This document shows, one piece after another, positions 45,950-53,821 of a DNA stretch of 64,000 nucleotides (the first letter of the stretch is position 1; each line of letters opens with the position of its first letter). A program made the position numbers and the translations under genes. The DNA is from a virus. The stretch is taken from positions 2,749 to 66,748 of IMG/VR virus record IMGVR_UViG_3300023063_000003. One strand, written 5' to 3'. The notes beneath the pieces are model-generated. The model was not told the origin of the DNA and searched no databases. It saw nothing but the letters and a program-made list of their open reading frames with translations.

Positions 45950-45971
45950 GATCCTCGCTTCGGCGAGGATC
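45950..45971 (+). other. UUCG stem-loop after the capsid gene (mRNA-stabilising or weak terminator)
   Basis: GATCCTCGC-TTCG-GCGAGGATC with no U-tract. Confidence 0.55.
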
Positions 45972-46006
45972 GTTAAGATGGCCCAAAACCGGATAAGGAA
46001 ACCACC

Positions 46007-46501
46007 ATGAATATTCTCGCCTCGCGCGGCGCGCAATACTCGCTGCATCAGCAGTTTTTGTTTAACTTCAACAACTGGCTCAAGGACTCGGTCAGCTTGG
46101 CCAACGAGACCCTTGGCTCGACGGTCGCCGCCGCGACCGACCCGGCCACCGTCGGCCTCGTCGGCCCGACTGCGAACACCATCACGTTCGATTGCATTCC
46201 GCTGCCACTGGGCGCCACCATCATCGGTGGTGATCTGGTCGTTGAAACCGCCTATGTCGGTCCAACCACCGCGACGATCACGCTCGGTACCGCAGCTGTA
46301 CCAGCGGCATATCTGGCTGCAACGAGTGTCACCGCCGTCGGCCGCACACCGATCTTGCTCACGACGCCGCTGGCCTCGCTGGATGGCTCGAATGTGCGCA
46401 TGACGCTGACCTATACGGGTGGTAACGCCACGGCTGGTCGTGTCCGTGTCCGCGTCTCCTACATGGTCGATGGCCGTATCAACGAAGTTCAGATCACCTA
46501 A
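46007..46501 (+). CDS. Virion structural (capsid decoration-like) protein
   Basis: Beta-rich LP.GA.I..G...V.TA pattern; follows the capsid gene. Confidence 0.65.
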   Translation: MNILASRGAQYSLHQQFLFNFNNWLKDSVSLANETLGSTVAAATDPATVGLVGPTANTITFDCIPLPLGATIIGGDLVVETAYVGPTTATITLGTAAVPAAYLAATSVTAVGRTPILLTTPLASLDGSNVRMTLTYTGGNATAGRVRVRVSYMVDGRINEVQIT

Positions 46502-46518
46502 TACGTGAGCTGTTGAGT

Positions 46519-46552
46519 GCCCAGGGCTTCGGTCCTGGGTTTTCGTCTTTTT
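46519..46552 (+). terminator. Intrinsic terminator
   Basis: GCCCAGGGC-TTCG-GTCCTGGGT followed by T-rich sequence. Confidence 0.7.
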
Positions 46553-46564
46553 ACGGAGTGCATC

Positions 46565-47041
46565 ATGAACAAATTTATTTCCGATATCGAGCGCTTGGTG
46601 CAGACCCGCATCGGCCACACCATTCACTTCCTGGCCGGCGTCGCAACGCACGTTCCAGCCGAGTGCATCGCCGAAATCCAGAAACTCACTGGCATGGAAC
46701 CTGAAGGCGAGATCGTCGATCAGGCCACCTACGCCACCGTGACTGACGTGTCCATTCGCTTGGATGGCGGTGTCAACACTGGCGAGATGGTCGCGCAGCC
46801 CAAGGCTAAAGCCGGTCTCGCTGGCACCACTGCCAGTGGCACGCCGACCGACGACCCAGCGCAGGTTGCTGCGGCCGTCACCGGCGACCCAGTCATCTCG
46901 GACATGGACGCCGGTGCTACGGTCCACGCCTCGGGTGTCACCTCCACCGTGACGCCAGACACGCCTGCAGCCGAAGGTACGGGCGTCTCGTCCGAAACCG
47001 CCGCGCCGCTGGCTTCGGCCACGGACCAGCCAGCCGCGTAA
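46565..47041 (+). CDS. Hypothetical protein (paralog of the next gene, low-complexity tail)
   Basis: GGAG RBS; GHTIHFLAGVATHVP. Confidence 0.6.
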   Translation: MNKFISDIERLVQTRIGHTIHFLAGVATHVPAECIAEIQKLTGMEPEGEIVDQATYATVTDVSIRLDGGVNTGEMVAQPKAKAGLAGTTASGTPTDDPAQVAAAVTGDPVISDMDAGATVHASGVTSTVTPDTPAAEGTGVSSETAAPLASATDQPAA

Positions 47042-47051
47042 TTTCTCCCCT

Positions 47052-47080
47052 GTAAAGCGCGGTCTCCGCGCTTTACTTTT
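47052..47080 (+). terminator. Intrinsic terminator
   Basis: GTAAAGCGCGG-TCT-CCGCGCTTTAC-TTTT. Confidence 0.75.
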
Positions 47081-47107
47081 ATGTACCTCACCCAACCGGA
47101 GCACAGC

Positions 47108-47470
47108 ATGAACTTCATCCTGAATCGCGACAAGACTATCGTTTCCCTGCATGGCCATGCCATCGCTTTCAAGAAAGGCATCCCAACGCACGTGCCGCCC
47201 GCGATGTACGCCGAGGTGCAGCAGATCGGTGCCATCCCTGAAGACGAGCTTGAAGAAACAGTCACCGTCGCCCCGAAAGAACCGGACGACCCGATTAAAC
47301 GCAAAGCCCTCATTTACGAAGCCTTCGCTGCCCTGGTGCTCGGCGCCAAGCGCGAAAGCTTCACCGGTACCGGCGCGCCGCATGCCAAAGCCCTGGCCGC
47401 GCAGCTGGGCTTCATCGTCGACAGCAAAGAGCGCGACAAGCTGTGGGCCGACTTCAACGCAGAGGGATAA
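47108..47470 (+). CDS. Conserved head-associated hypothetical protein
   Basis: GGAG RBS; GHAIAFKKGIPTHVP; FT..G.P....ERD.LW. Confidence 0.65.
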   Translation: MNFILNRDKTIVSLHGHAIAFKKGIPTHVPPAMYAEVQQIGAIPEDELEETVTVAPKEPDDPIKRKALIYEAFAALVLGAKRESFTGTGAPHAKALAAQLGFIVDSKERDKLWADFNAEG

Positions 47471-47475
47471 TTCAA

Positions 47476-48177
47476 ATGAACAGCACCGATCTGCTCGCCC
47501 AGTTCCGTCTCGATATCGTCGACACCGTGGAGCCACAACTGTGGAGCGACGCGGAGCTGCTGCATTACATCGACGACGCGCAGAAGATGTTCTGCCGGCT
47601 GGTGGGTGGCATCGGTGATGGTTCTTCCGCACTCACGGTGCTGCCGTGGGACACGACCACTGACTGGCTGGCAGTCAGCCCGCTGATCCTGAAATTCCGC
47701 GACGCATGGCAGGTCTCCGATGGCCAGCCGATCGACATCATCAATTACGAGGACATGGCCGCGCGCGGTGTGCGCTTCGATGGCCGCACCGGCATTCCAC
47801 GCGTGCTGGTCATCGGCATCGAACCAGGTCGCGCCCGCTTGTACCCGTTCCCATCGAACACCGATACGATCCAGCTGATCGTCGACCGCTTGCCCCTGCG
47901 CACGATCGACGACGTTGATGAAGTGCTCGAGGTGCAGGACCAGCACTTTACCGGCCTGCTGCTGTGGGCCAAGTCGATGGCCTATGACAAGCAGGATGCC
48001 GACACGTTCGACCGCAACAAGCAGCAAGAATTTGAAGGGAAGTTTCGCGCCTACTGCGCAGCCGCCAAGGCTGAGAAGGACCGCGCCAAACACAAGACCC
48101 GCGTCGTTGTCTACGGTGGCGGCGCGATCGCCGGCACGGGCCGCGCGCGCGGCGACTATGGCTACCGTGGATATTGA
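47476..48177 (+). CDS. Head-tail adaptor protein
   Basis: R..I.D...P.LWSD.EL..YI.DAQ; AY.KQD. Confidence 0.7.
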   Translation: MNSTDLLAQFRLDIVDTVEPQLWSDAELLHYIDDAQKMFCRLVGGIGDGSSALTVLPWDTTTDWLAVSPLILKFRDAWQVSDGQPIDIINYEDMAARGVRFDGRTGIPRVLVIGIEPGRARLYPFPSNTDTIQLIVDRLPLRTIDDVDEVLEVQDQHFTGLLLWAKSMAYDKQDADTFDRNKQQEFEGKFRAYCAAAKAEKDRAKHKTRVVVYGGGAIAGTGRARGDYGYRGY

Positions 48178-48533
48178 TCATGACACCTTTCAAAGTGAAG
48201 CTGCAGATTTACCAGGGCAGCACTTTTCGCTGGCACGCCAGCGTCGTTTCCGGCACGACCGCTGCGGCTGTTGACCTGACTGGCTACACTGCCCGCATGC
48301 AGGCGCGTGTGGCCATCACCGACGCGATCCCAGTGTTTGAACTGACCACCGAGAATGGTGGCATCACGCTCGGTGGCACGGCCGGCACGATCGACTTGTA
48401 CCTCTCAGCCGTGGCGACCGCCGCGATGTCGTGGGACACCGCCGTCTACGACCTCGAACTGATCTCACCGACTGGTGATGTGATCCGCTACATCGCAGGC
48501 ACTGCCACGCTCTCGCCAGAGGTCACGCGATGA
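48174..48533 (+). CDS. Virion structural protein (BppU-like)
   Basis: I.QG.TF, DLTGYTARMQ.R, YDLEL, L.PEVTR. Confidence 0.65.
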   Translation: MIMTPFKVKLQIYQGSTFRWHASVVSGTTAAAVDLTGYTARMQARVAITDAIPVFELTTENGGITLGGTAGTIDLYLSAVATAAMSWDTAVYDLELISPTGDVIRYIAGTATLSPEVTR

Positions 48534-49084
48534 GTCCATCGGACCCAGGCGTATCACTCATCGTCGACGCGTCGGCGCAGAGTCTACTTGCCACTACGGG
48601 TCCGACGGTATCGCTCATCGTCAGCGAGGTTGACCCGCAACTCATCGTGCTCGACAACCAGCCGCAGCTGACAATCACCGGAGAACCCGGTACGGTCCTC
48701 ACCGTCGCCGACCGCGGCCTCAGTGGGATCGACGGTGGCCTCGTCAACTATACCGGCGCCATGGACCTCGGTGGTCAGCGCGTGGTGCGCTCAAACTTCG
48801 ACGGCACCGTGTCGTACGCTGATTCGGCCACGGCCCATGACGTCACTGCGATCGTGGGCTTTACATTGAGCGCGACGCTGGCCGGTCAGGTCGTGGACAT
48901 TCGTCACGCCGGCACGATCACCGAACCGACCTGGAACTTCGCCGCCGAGCTGCCGGTGTTCCTCGGCTCGAACGGCGCTGTCACGCAAGTGCCACCCGTC
49001 GCCGGCATGCAGGTCATCGTCGGCGTGGCCATCTCGCAGACACAGCTATTCGTACGCATTCATCATCCGATCGTTCTCGCATAG
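48530..49084 (+). CDS. Virion structural protein
   Basis: G.I.EP.W....VFLG.NG..TQ.PP C-terminal domain. Confidence 0.6.
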   Translation: MSPSDPGVSLIVDASAQSLLATTGPTVSLIVSEVDPQLIVLDNQPQLTITGEPGTVLTVADRGLSGIDGGLVNYTGAMDLGGQRVVRSNFDGTVSYADSATAHDVTAIVGFTLSATLAGQVVDIRHAGTITEPTWNFAAELPVFLGSNGAVTQVPPVAGMQVIVGVAISQTQLFVRIHHPIVLA

Positions 49085-49094
49085 GGGCACTACC

Positions 49095-49703
49095 ATGGGT
49101 ATCTCGTCGACGAAGAAGTTCCTCAAAAATCTGCTCGGTATCGTCACCGAGGAATATGCGCTGACCACATCGGCCGGCGCGGCCGACGCCAATGCAATTC
49201 CCGCGCTCAATGCCGCTGGCGTGCTGGACCAGTCGATCGTCAACGCGAAGGTGGTGTCTGCCGGCGCGGGCGACTCAGGCAAGCTGCCGGCACTGGACGC
49301 CACGGGCCATCTGGACCAGTCCGTCATGCCGGTTGGGATCGGCGCCGACACTGCCTCGGTGCTGGCCAGCGAAGCCCTGGCCGACGGCGATCTGGTCAAT
49401 GTGTGGAACAATGCTGGCGTCGCGGCCGCGCGCAAGGCTGATGGCTCAACGACTGGCAAGGAGGCCCACGGCTTTGTCCAGGCTGCGGTGGCCTCTGGCG
49501 CAGCTGCCGTGGTCTACTTCGAGGGTATCAATGGCCACGTCGTCGGGCTGACACCGGGCCGGCAGTGGCTGTCGGCCACGACGCCGGGTAAATCGGCTGC
49601 TGCCTCACCGACCGGCTCCGGCCAGACCTCGCAGATCGTCGGCTTCGCCACCTCGGCCACGTCCTTCACGATGCAGTCGGAACCAGCGATCTCGCTGGCC
49701 TAG
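49095..49703 (+). CDS. Virion structural protein
   Basis: Duplicated SAGA.D....PAL.A.G.LDQS motif; ASEAL..GD.VN. Confidence 0.6.
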   Translation: MGISSTKKFLKNLLGIVTEEYALTTSAGAADANAIPALNAAGVLDQSIVNAKVVSAGAGDSGKLPALDATGHLDQSVMPVGIGADTASVLASEALADGDLVNVWNNAGVAAARKADGSTTGKEAHGFVQAAVASGAAAVVYFEGINGHVVGLTPGRQWLSATTPGKSAAASPTGSGQTSQIVGFATSATSFTMQSEPAISLA

Positions 49704-49705
49704 TC

Positions 49706-50098
49706 ATGAGCAACGCCCTGATACAGCGCGCCGGATTTATCGTTGAGGCCCTTGCCACTGACACAGTGCGTGTGCCGGGGCCATTCATCAACGGCGGCAC
49801 CGAAGCCAGTGTGTCGAAGGCCGTCACGGCCACGACACTTTTGACCGCAGTAAATGTTTCCCTACGGTATAATTACTTCACCGGAGCAGCCGGGGCCTCA
49901 TTAGCCCTCACGTTCCCATCGGCCGCCCTCGCCCTTGACGGCCAGCTCATTACGGTTATGTCGGTGGGCGCCCGAGTCCTTACAACGTATGTCAGCGCTG
50001 GTGCGACGTTTGTCGGAGGCGCCGCAACACTGCTGGCTCTGACGCCCTACACATTTCAATTTGATCTAGCCACGCTCGCGTGGTACCGATGCGGATAA
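49706..50098 (+). CDS. Short fibre/structural protein
   Basis: Beta-rich; ends WYR.G. Confidence 0.5.
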   Translation: MSNALIQRAGFIVEALATDTVRVPGPFINGGTEASVSKAVTATTLLTAVNVSLRYNYFTGAAGASLALTFPSAALALDGQLITVMSVGARVLTTYVSAGATFVGGAATLLALTPYTFQFDLATLAWYRCG

Positions 50099-50102
50099 AA
50101 AC

Positions 50103-50369
50103 ATGAATGAAATCACACCCCAGCAAATACTCAACATCGCCCTGATGGTTATCAGCGCGATGGGTGGGTGGATGCTCAAATCGATCACCGACAACATCAA
50201 GGCTTTGCAGCGCTCGAGCCTCGAACAGATCGAGCGTACGCAGCGTCTGGAAATCATGGTCGCCGGCCAGTATGTGACGCACTCGGCCCTCGAAAATTTT
50301 AGCCAAGCCATCTTCAAAAAACTCGACAAGATCGAGGACAAACTGGACAAGAAAGCAGACAAGTCATGA
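50103..50369 (+). CDS. Holin/antiholin-like membrane protein
   Basis: One N-terminal TM helix plus coiled coil ending KLDKIEDKLDKKADK; begins the lysis cassette. Confidence 0.6.
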   Translation: MNEITPQQILNIALMVISAMGGWMLKSITDNIKALQRSSLEQIERTQRLEIMVAGQYVTHSALENFSQAIFKKLDKIEDKLDKKADKS

Positions 50370-50665
50370 ACGTCCAGACCATCCCAAAGAAAACCTATGT
50401 GAAGTTGTGGAGCGTTCGCCTCGGCGCGCTATCGATGACTTTGTCCGGTCTACAGCTGGCCATGCCGATCCTCGACACGACCGTCATCCCGCACAATATG
50501 TTCTGCGCCCTGTCCTTCTTCTTCACGTTCCTCGGCTTGGCCTCGCGCGCTGTGATCCAGACTGAGCTGTCTTCGGACGACGATGACTCGCGCCGTGATG
50601 ATGGCCACCACGACGACTGCCCAAACGAGATGGAGGTGCCCCGTGGCCCAAACGCCCAACCGTAA
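50366..50665 (+). CDS. Holin (two TM helices)
   Basis: WSVRL...R.V.Q..L pattern; upstream of the endolysin. Confidence 0.6.
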   Translation: MNVQTIPKKTYVKLWSVRLGALSMTLSGLQLAMPILDTTVIPHNMFCALSFFFTFLGLASRAVIQTELSSDDDDSRRDDGHHDDCPNEMEVPRGPNAQP

Positions 50666-51128
50666 AAAGGCCGCGGCCGCAACAGCGATCGCCGTGGCAC
50701 TGGCCGCGCCGGCCGAAGGGCTGCGCCGCGTTGCCTACTACGATCCACCGGGCATCCTGACGGTCTGCTACGGCAGCACGACGAACGTCGACAAGCACAA
50801 GGTCTACTCGATCCAGGAGTGCAAGGATCGGCTCAACACGGAGATGATGGGATACGCCGTCATGGTCGAGAAGTGCCAGCCCGGATTGCCACCGAACGTG
50901 TGGGCTGCATTCACGGACGCAGCGTACAACCTCGGCACGAAGATCGTCTGCAATCCGTCGCAGTCGACCGCCGCGCGCTTCCTGTACGCCAAGGACTATG
51001 TCATGGCCTGCAATGAGCTGCCGCGCTGGAACCGCGCCACGATCCTGGGTGTCTCCGTCGCGCTCCCGGGCCTGACCAAGCGCCGCGTACTCGAGCAGCA
51101 GCTCTGCCTGCAGAAAGACACACCATGA
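50643..51128 (+). CDS. SAR endolysin (T4-type lysozyme)
   Basis: GGAGG RBS + GTG; Ala-rich SAR segment, then E-x8-D-x5-T triad; GL.KRR..E. Confidence 0.88.
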   Translation: MAQTPNRKKAAAATAIAVALAAPAEGLRRVAYYDPPGILTVCYGSTTNVDKHKVYSIQECKDRLNTEMMGYAVMVEKCQPGLPPNVWAAFTDAAYNLGTKIVCNPSQSTAARFLYAKDYVMACNELPRWNRATILGVSVALPGLTKRRVLEQQLCLQKDTP

Positions 51129-51664
51129 TGTTCCTCGCCGCCCTATCCGCACAAACCCGCGCGCGCCTGCTCGAAGGTGGTGCCATTGTGTTTGTCCTGC
51201 TCCTGCTCGCTTTAGGCTGGCACGAGCTGAAGCTGCATTACATCGACGTGGGTGTGCAGCAGGAGAAAGCAGTGTGGGTTGAAAACACCGCTACTGCAAA
51301 AGCCACCGCCGACGCCGAAGAGGCCACGCGCCAAACACAATTCACACAAACCCTGGCCGCATCGGCCGCTGCACGCAAGGAAGAGAAAGACGCATATGAA
51401 ACTAAAATCGCTGATCTTGAAAAGCGTGCTCGCGCTGGTGGTGTCAGCATGCGCGTCCCAACAACCGCCCGTGTTTGTAATGCCGACGCGGGCGCAGGCG
51501 CCGGTATTGTCGCCGGACCTAGCGACGCGCAAGACACCGGACTTATGCCTGCAACTGTTGGCGATATTCTCCACGTCGCCGGAGGTATCGCAGCAAACAT
51601 GCGGGACTATAACAACCTCGCCGACGCCTATGACAAGCTCGTCGACTTCTGCAACGCCAAGTAA
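51125..51664 (+). CDS. i-spanin (Rz-like)
   Basis: N-terminal TM helix plus coiled coil, after the endolysin. Confidence 0.75.
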   Translation: MMFLAALSAQTRARLLEGGAIVFVLLLLALGWHELKLHYIDVGVQQEKAVWVENTATAKATADAEEATRQTQFTQTLAASAAARKEEKDAYETKIADLEKRARAGGVSMRVPTTARVCNADAGAGAGIVAGPSDAQDTGLMPATVGDILHVAGGIAANMRDYNNLADAYDKLVDFCNAK

Positions 51665-51668
51665 ATAG
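51396..51668 (+). CDS. o-spanin (Rz1-like lipoprotein) embedded in the i-spanin gene
   Basis: MKLKSLILKSVLALVVSA-C lipobox, Pro-rich, +1 frame. Confidence 0.75.
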   Translation: MKLKSLILKSVLALVVSACASQQPPVFVMPTRAQAPVLSPDLATRKTPDLCLQLLAIFSTSPEVSQQTCGTITTSPTPMTSSSTSATPSK

Positions 51669-51734
51669 TCACGGTAGTCCCAGCGGGGGTGGGCTGTGAG
51701 CGGGTGAACATGCCTACCGCAAAACCCCCGTACC

Positions 51735-51766
51735 GGCCCCGTTGCGAAAGCTGCGGGGCCATTTTT
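51735..51766 (+). terminator. Intrinsic terminator after the lysis cassette
   Basis: GGCCCCG...CGGGGCC stem followed by ATTTTT. Confidence 0.7.
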
Positions 51767-51785
51767 ATAACTGACGCGAGAGATT

Positions 51786-53006
51786 ATGCAAACTCAAAAA
51801 TACGCCGCATTCGGGGGCATTCGCAACACGCTGAGCAATGAGCGGATCGATCGCGCCGTACGTCAAGTCGGGTCGCGTGATCAGCGCACCGATCTTGTCG
51901 AAGCTGACAATGTCGACCTGGACAGTTCGGGCCGCGCCAGCCGGCGCGCTGGCCAGACGCTCGTGATCCCTACTGCTGCCCACTCGATCTGGGCCTCGAA
52001 CGATATGTGCCTGTTCGTCCAGGCCGGTGTACTGATGCGCCTGAACGCTGACTACACCGCGACGCAACTGGCCTCCGGCATCGGCGACTCGCCCATGTGC
52101 TATGAGGACGTAAACGACACTATCTACTGGTCGAACGGCGTGATGAATGGTGTCGTCACCGTGGAAGGTATCGCGCAGACCTGGGGCATGTATGCGCCCG
52201 AGTACCAGCCGCAGGCCGTCGGCATTGCCGGCACGCTCGCAGCCGGCACCTACCTGTTCGCGATGACCTACATGCGCAACGACGGACAGGAATCGGGCAC
52301 TGGGCTGGCTGGCCAGATTCAGCTTGCCGACAATTCCGGGCTGCGCTTTACGTGGGCGCCGCCAAGCGACCGCAGTATCACCAGCGTGGCCGTCTACCTC
52401 AGCGAGCCTAACAGCGAGGTGATGTATCAGGCATTCGTGGCACCGGTCAGTGCTGGCGCAGCGTCGTTCACCGGTGGTGCACTGTCGCTGCCGTTGAACA
52501 CACAGTGGCTCGATGCGCCACCGGCCGGCGACGTGCTGACGTGGCATCGCGGCCGCATCTTCATCGCGAAGGGTGCGTTCTTGTATGCCACCGCCGCGCT
52601 CGGCTATGGCTACGTCGACCTGCGCGATTATGTCGCGATCGACAACACGCTGATCCGCTTCGCCATCGCGGTGGACCACGGTGTCTATGTCGGCACCGAG
52701 CTGGCTGTCTACTTCCTCAAGGGCGATGCGCTCACTGAAATGACACTCGACTCCGTGACCGAAAGCTACGGCGTCGCCGGCTCGGCGATCCTGGTCGATG
52801 GATTTGTCGCCACGGGTGATGAGAAATTGGCCGGCTCAATCTGCGCCATGTTTGCGTCGGGTAGTGGTGTGCACCTCGGCACCCCTGATGGGACGGTCAC
52901 GAATTTGACTTACGATCGTTTCCAAATTACAATGCCCCGCAGCGGCGCAGCCGTCTTGCGGACTTCTCAAACCCTCACCCAGTACCTCTTGACGATGCAC
53001 GATTGA
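51786..53006 (+). CDS. Tail protein (nozzle/tubular-like)
   Basis: F.GI.N, L..A.NVD.D..G...RR.G beta-propeller-type start. Confidence 0.6.
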   Translation: MQTQKYAAFGGIRNTLSNERIDRAVRQVGSRDQRTDLVEADNVDLDSSGRASRRAGQTLVIPTAAHSIWASNDMCLFVQAGVLMRLNADYTATQLASGIGDSPMCYEDVNDTIYWSNGVMNGVVTVEGIAQTWGMYAPEYQPQAVGIAGTLAAGTYLFAMTYMRNDGQESGTGLAGQIQLADNSGLRFTWAPPSDRSITSVAVYLSEPNSEVMYQAFVAPVSAGAASFTGGALSLPLNTQWLDAPPAGDVLTWHRGRIFIAKGAFLYATAALGYGYVDLRDYVAIDNTLIRFAIAVDHGVYVGTELAVYFLKGDALTEMTLDSVTESYGVAGSAILVDGFVATGDEKLAGSICAMFASGSGVHLGTPDGTVTNLTYDRFQITMPRSGAAVLRTSQTLTQYLLTMHD

Positions 53007-53038
53007 CCGTCACCTAAACTTTAAATTGGAGAATCACC

Positions 53039-53809
53039 ATGACGTTGCGCCTCTCGGCCGGTCTACGAAATTTCATCAACCAGAACGGCAGCATTCGTGA
53101 TGCTCTTCAAGGTGGTGAAATCCAGATTTACTCCGGCACCCAGCCGGCCACCGCTGACACTGCCATCTCTGGTACGCTGCTGGCTACCATCACCGACAAC
53201 TCGGGCGCGCGCACGCAGGAAGTGCAAGCAACCGGTTCGATCACGCTGGCCGGTTCCGCAGGCTCGATCAACTCCGTGACCATCGGCGCCGTCAATATCA
53301 TCGATACCGCCGTGCCGTTCAACACGTCGCTGACCCAGACCGCAGCCGATCTGGCCACGATGATCAACAATAGCGACTCGACCCCCGAGTACAACGCCAC
53401 TTCGTCCGGTGCGGTGGTCACGATCATCGCCGTACGCGGCGCTGGCGCGCAGGCCAATACCCTGGCCGTCGCCGCCACGCTGACGACCCTGACCGCGACC
53501 TACACCGCCATGACCGGTGGTGTGTCTGCCGTGAATGGTCTGAAGTTCGGCGTGTCCGCAGCTGGTGTGCTGCCGAAGCGCACCACGCAGGTCTGGTCGG
53601 GTACCGCGATCGCGGCAGGTACCGCTGGCTGGTTCCGTTTTGTCGGCGCTGTATCGGACCCGGGTACCACCGACTCGGCTGAGGCCACGCTACGTATGGA
53701 CGGTGCGATTTCGACCTCCGGCGCGCAGCTCAATATGTCGAGCACGACGATCGCCTCCGGTGCTGTGCAGACCATCGCATCGTTCCCAATCACGCTGCCT
53801 ACTTCCTAA
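53039..53809 (+). CDS. Tail structural protein
   Basis: IYSG.QPA.AD, GTAGWFR, R.DG motifs with an inserted domain. Confidence 0.65.
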   Translation: MTLRLSAGLRNFINQNGSIRDALQGGEIQIYSGTQPATADTAISGTLLATITDNSGARTQEVQATGSITLAGSAGSINSVTIGAVNIIDTAVPFNTSLTQTAADLATMINNSDSTPEYNATSSGAVVTIIAVRGAGAQANTLAVAATLTTLTATYTAMTGGVSAVNGLKFGVSAAGVLPKRTTQVWSGTAIAAGTAGWFRFVGAVSDPGTTDSAEATLRMDGAISTSGAQLNMSSTTIASGAVQTIASFPITLPTS

Positions 53810-53821
53810 TCGGAGAAACGC

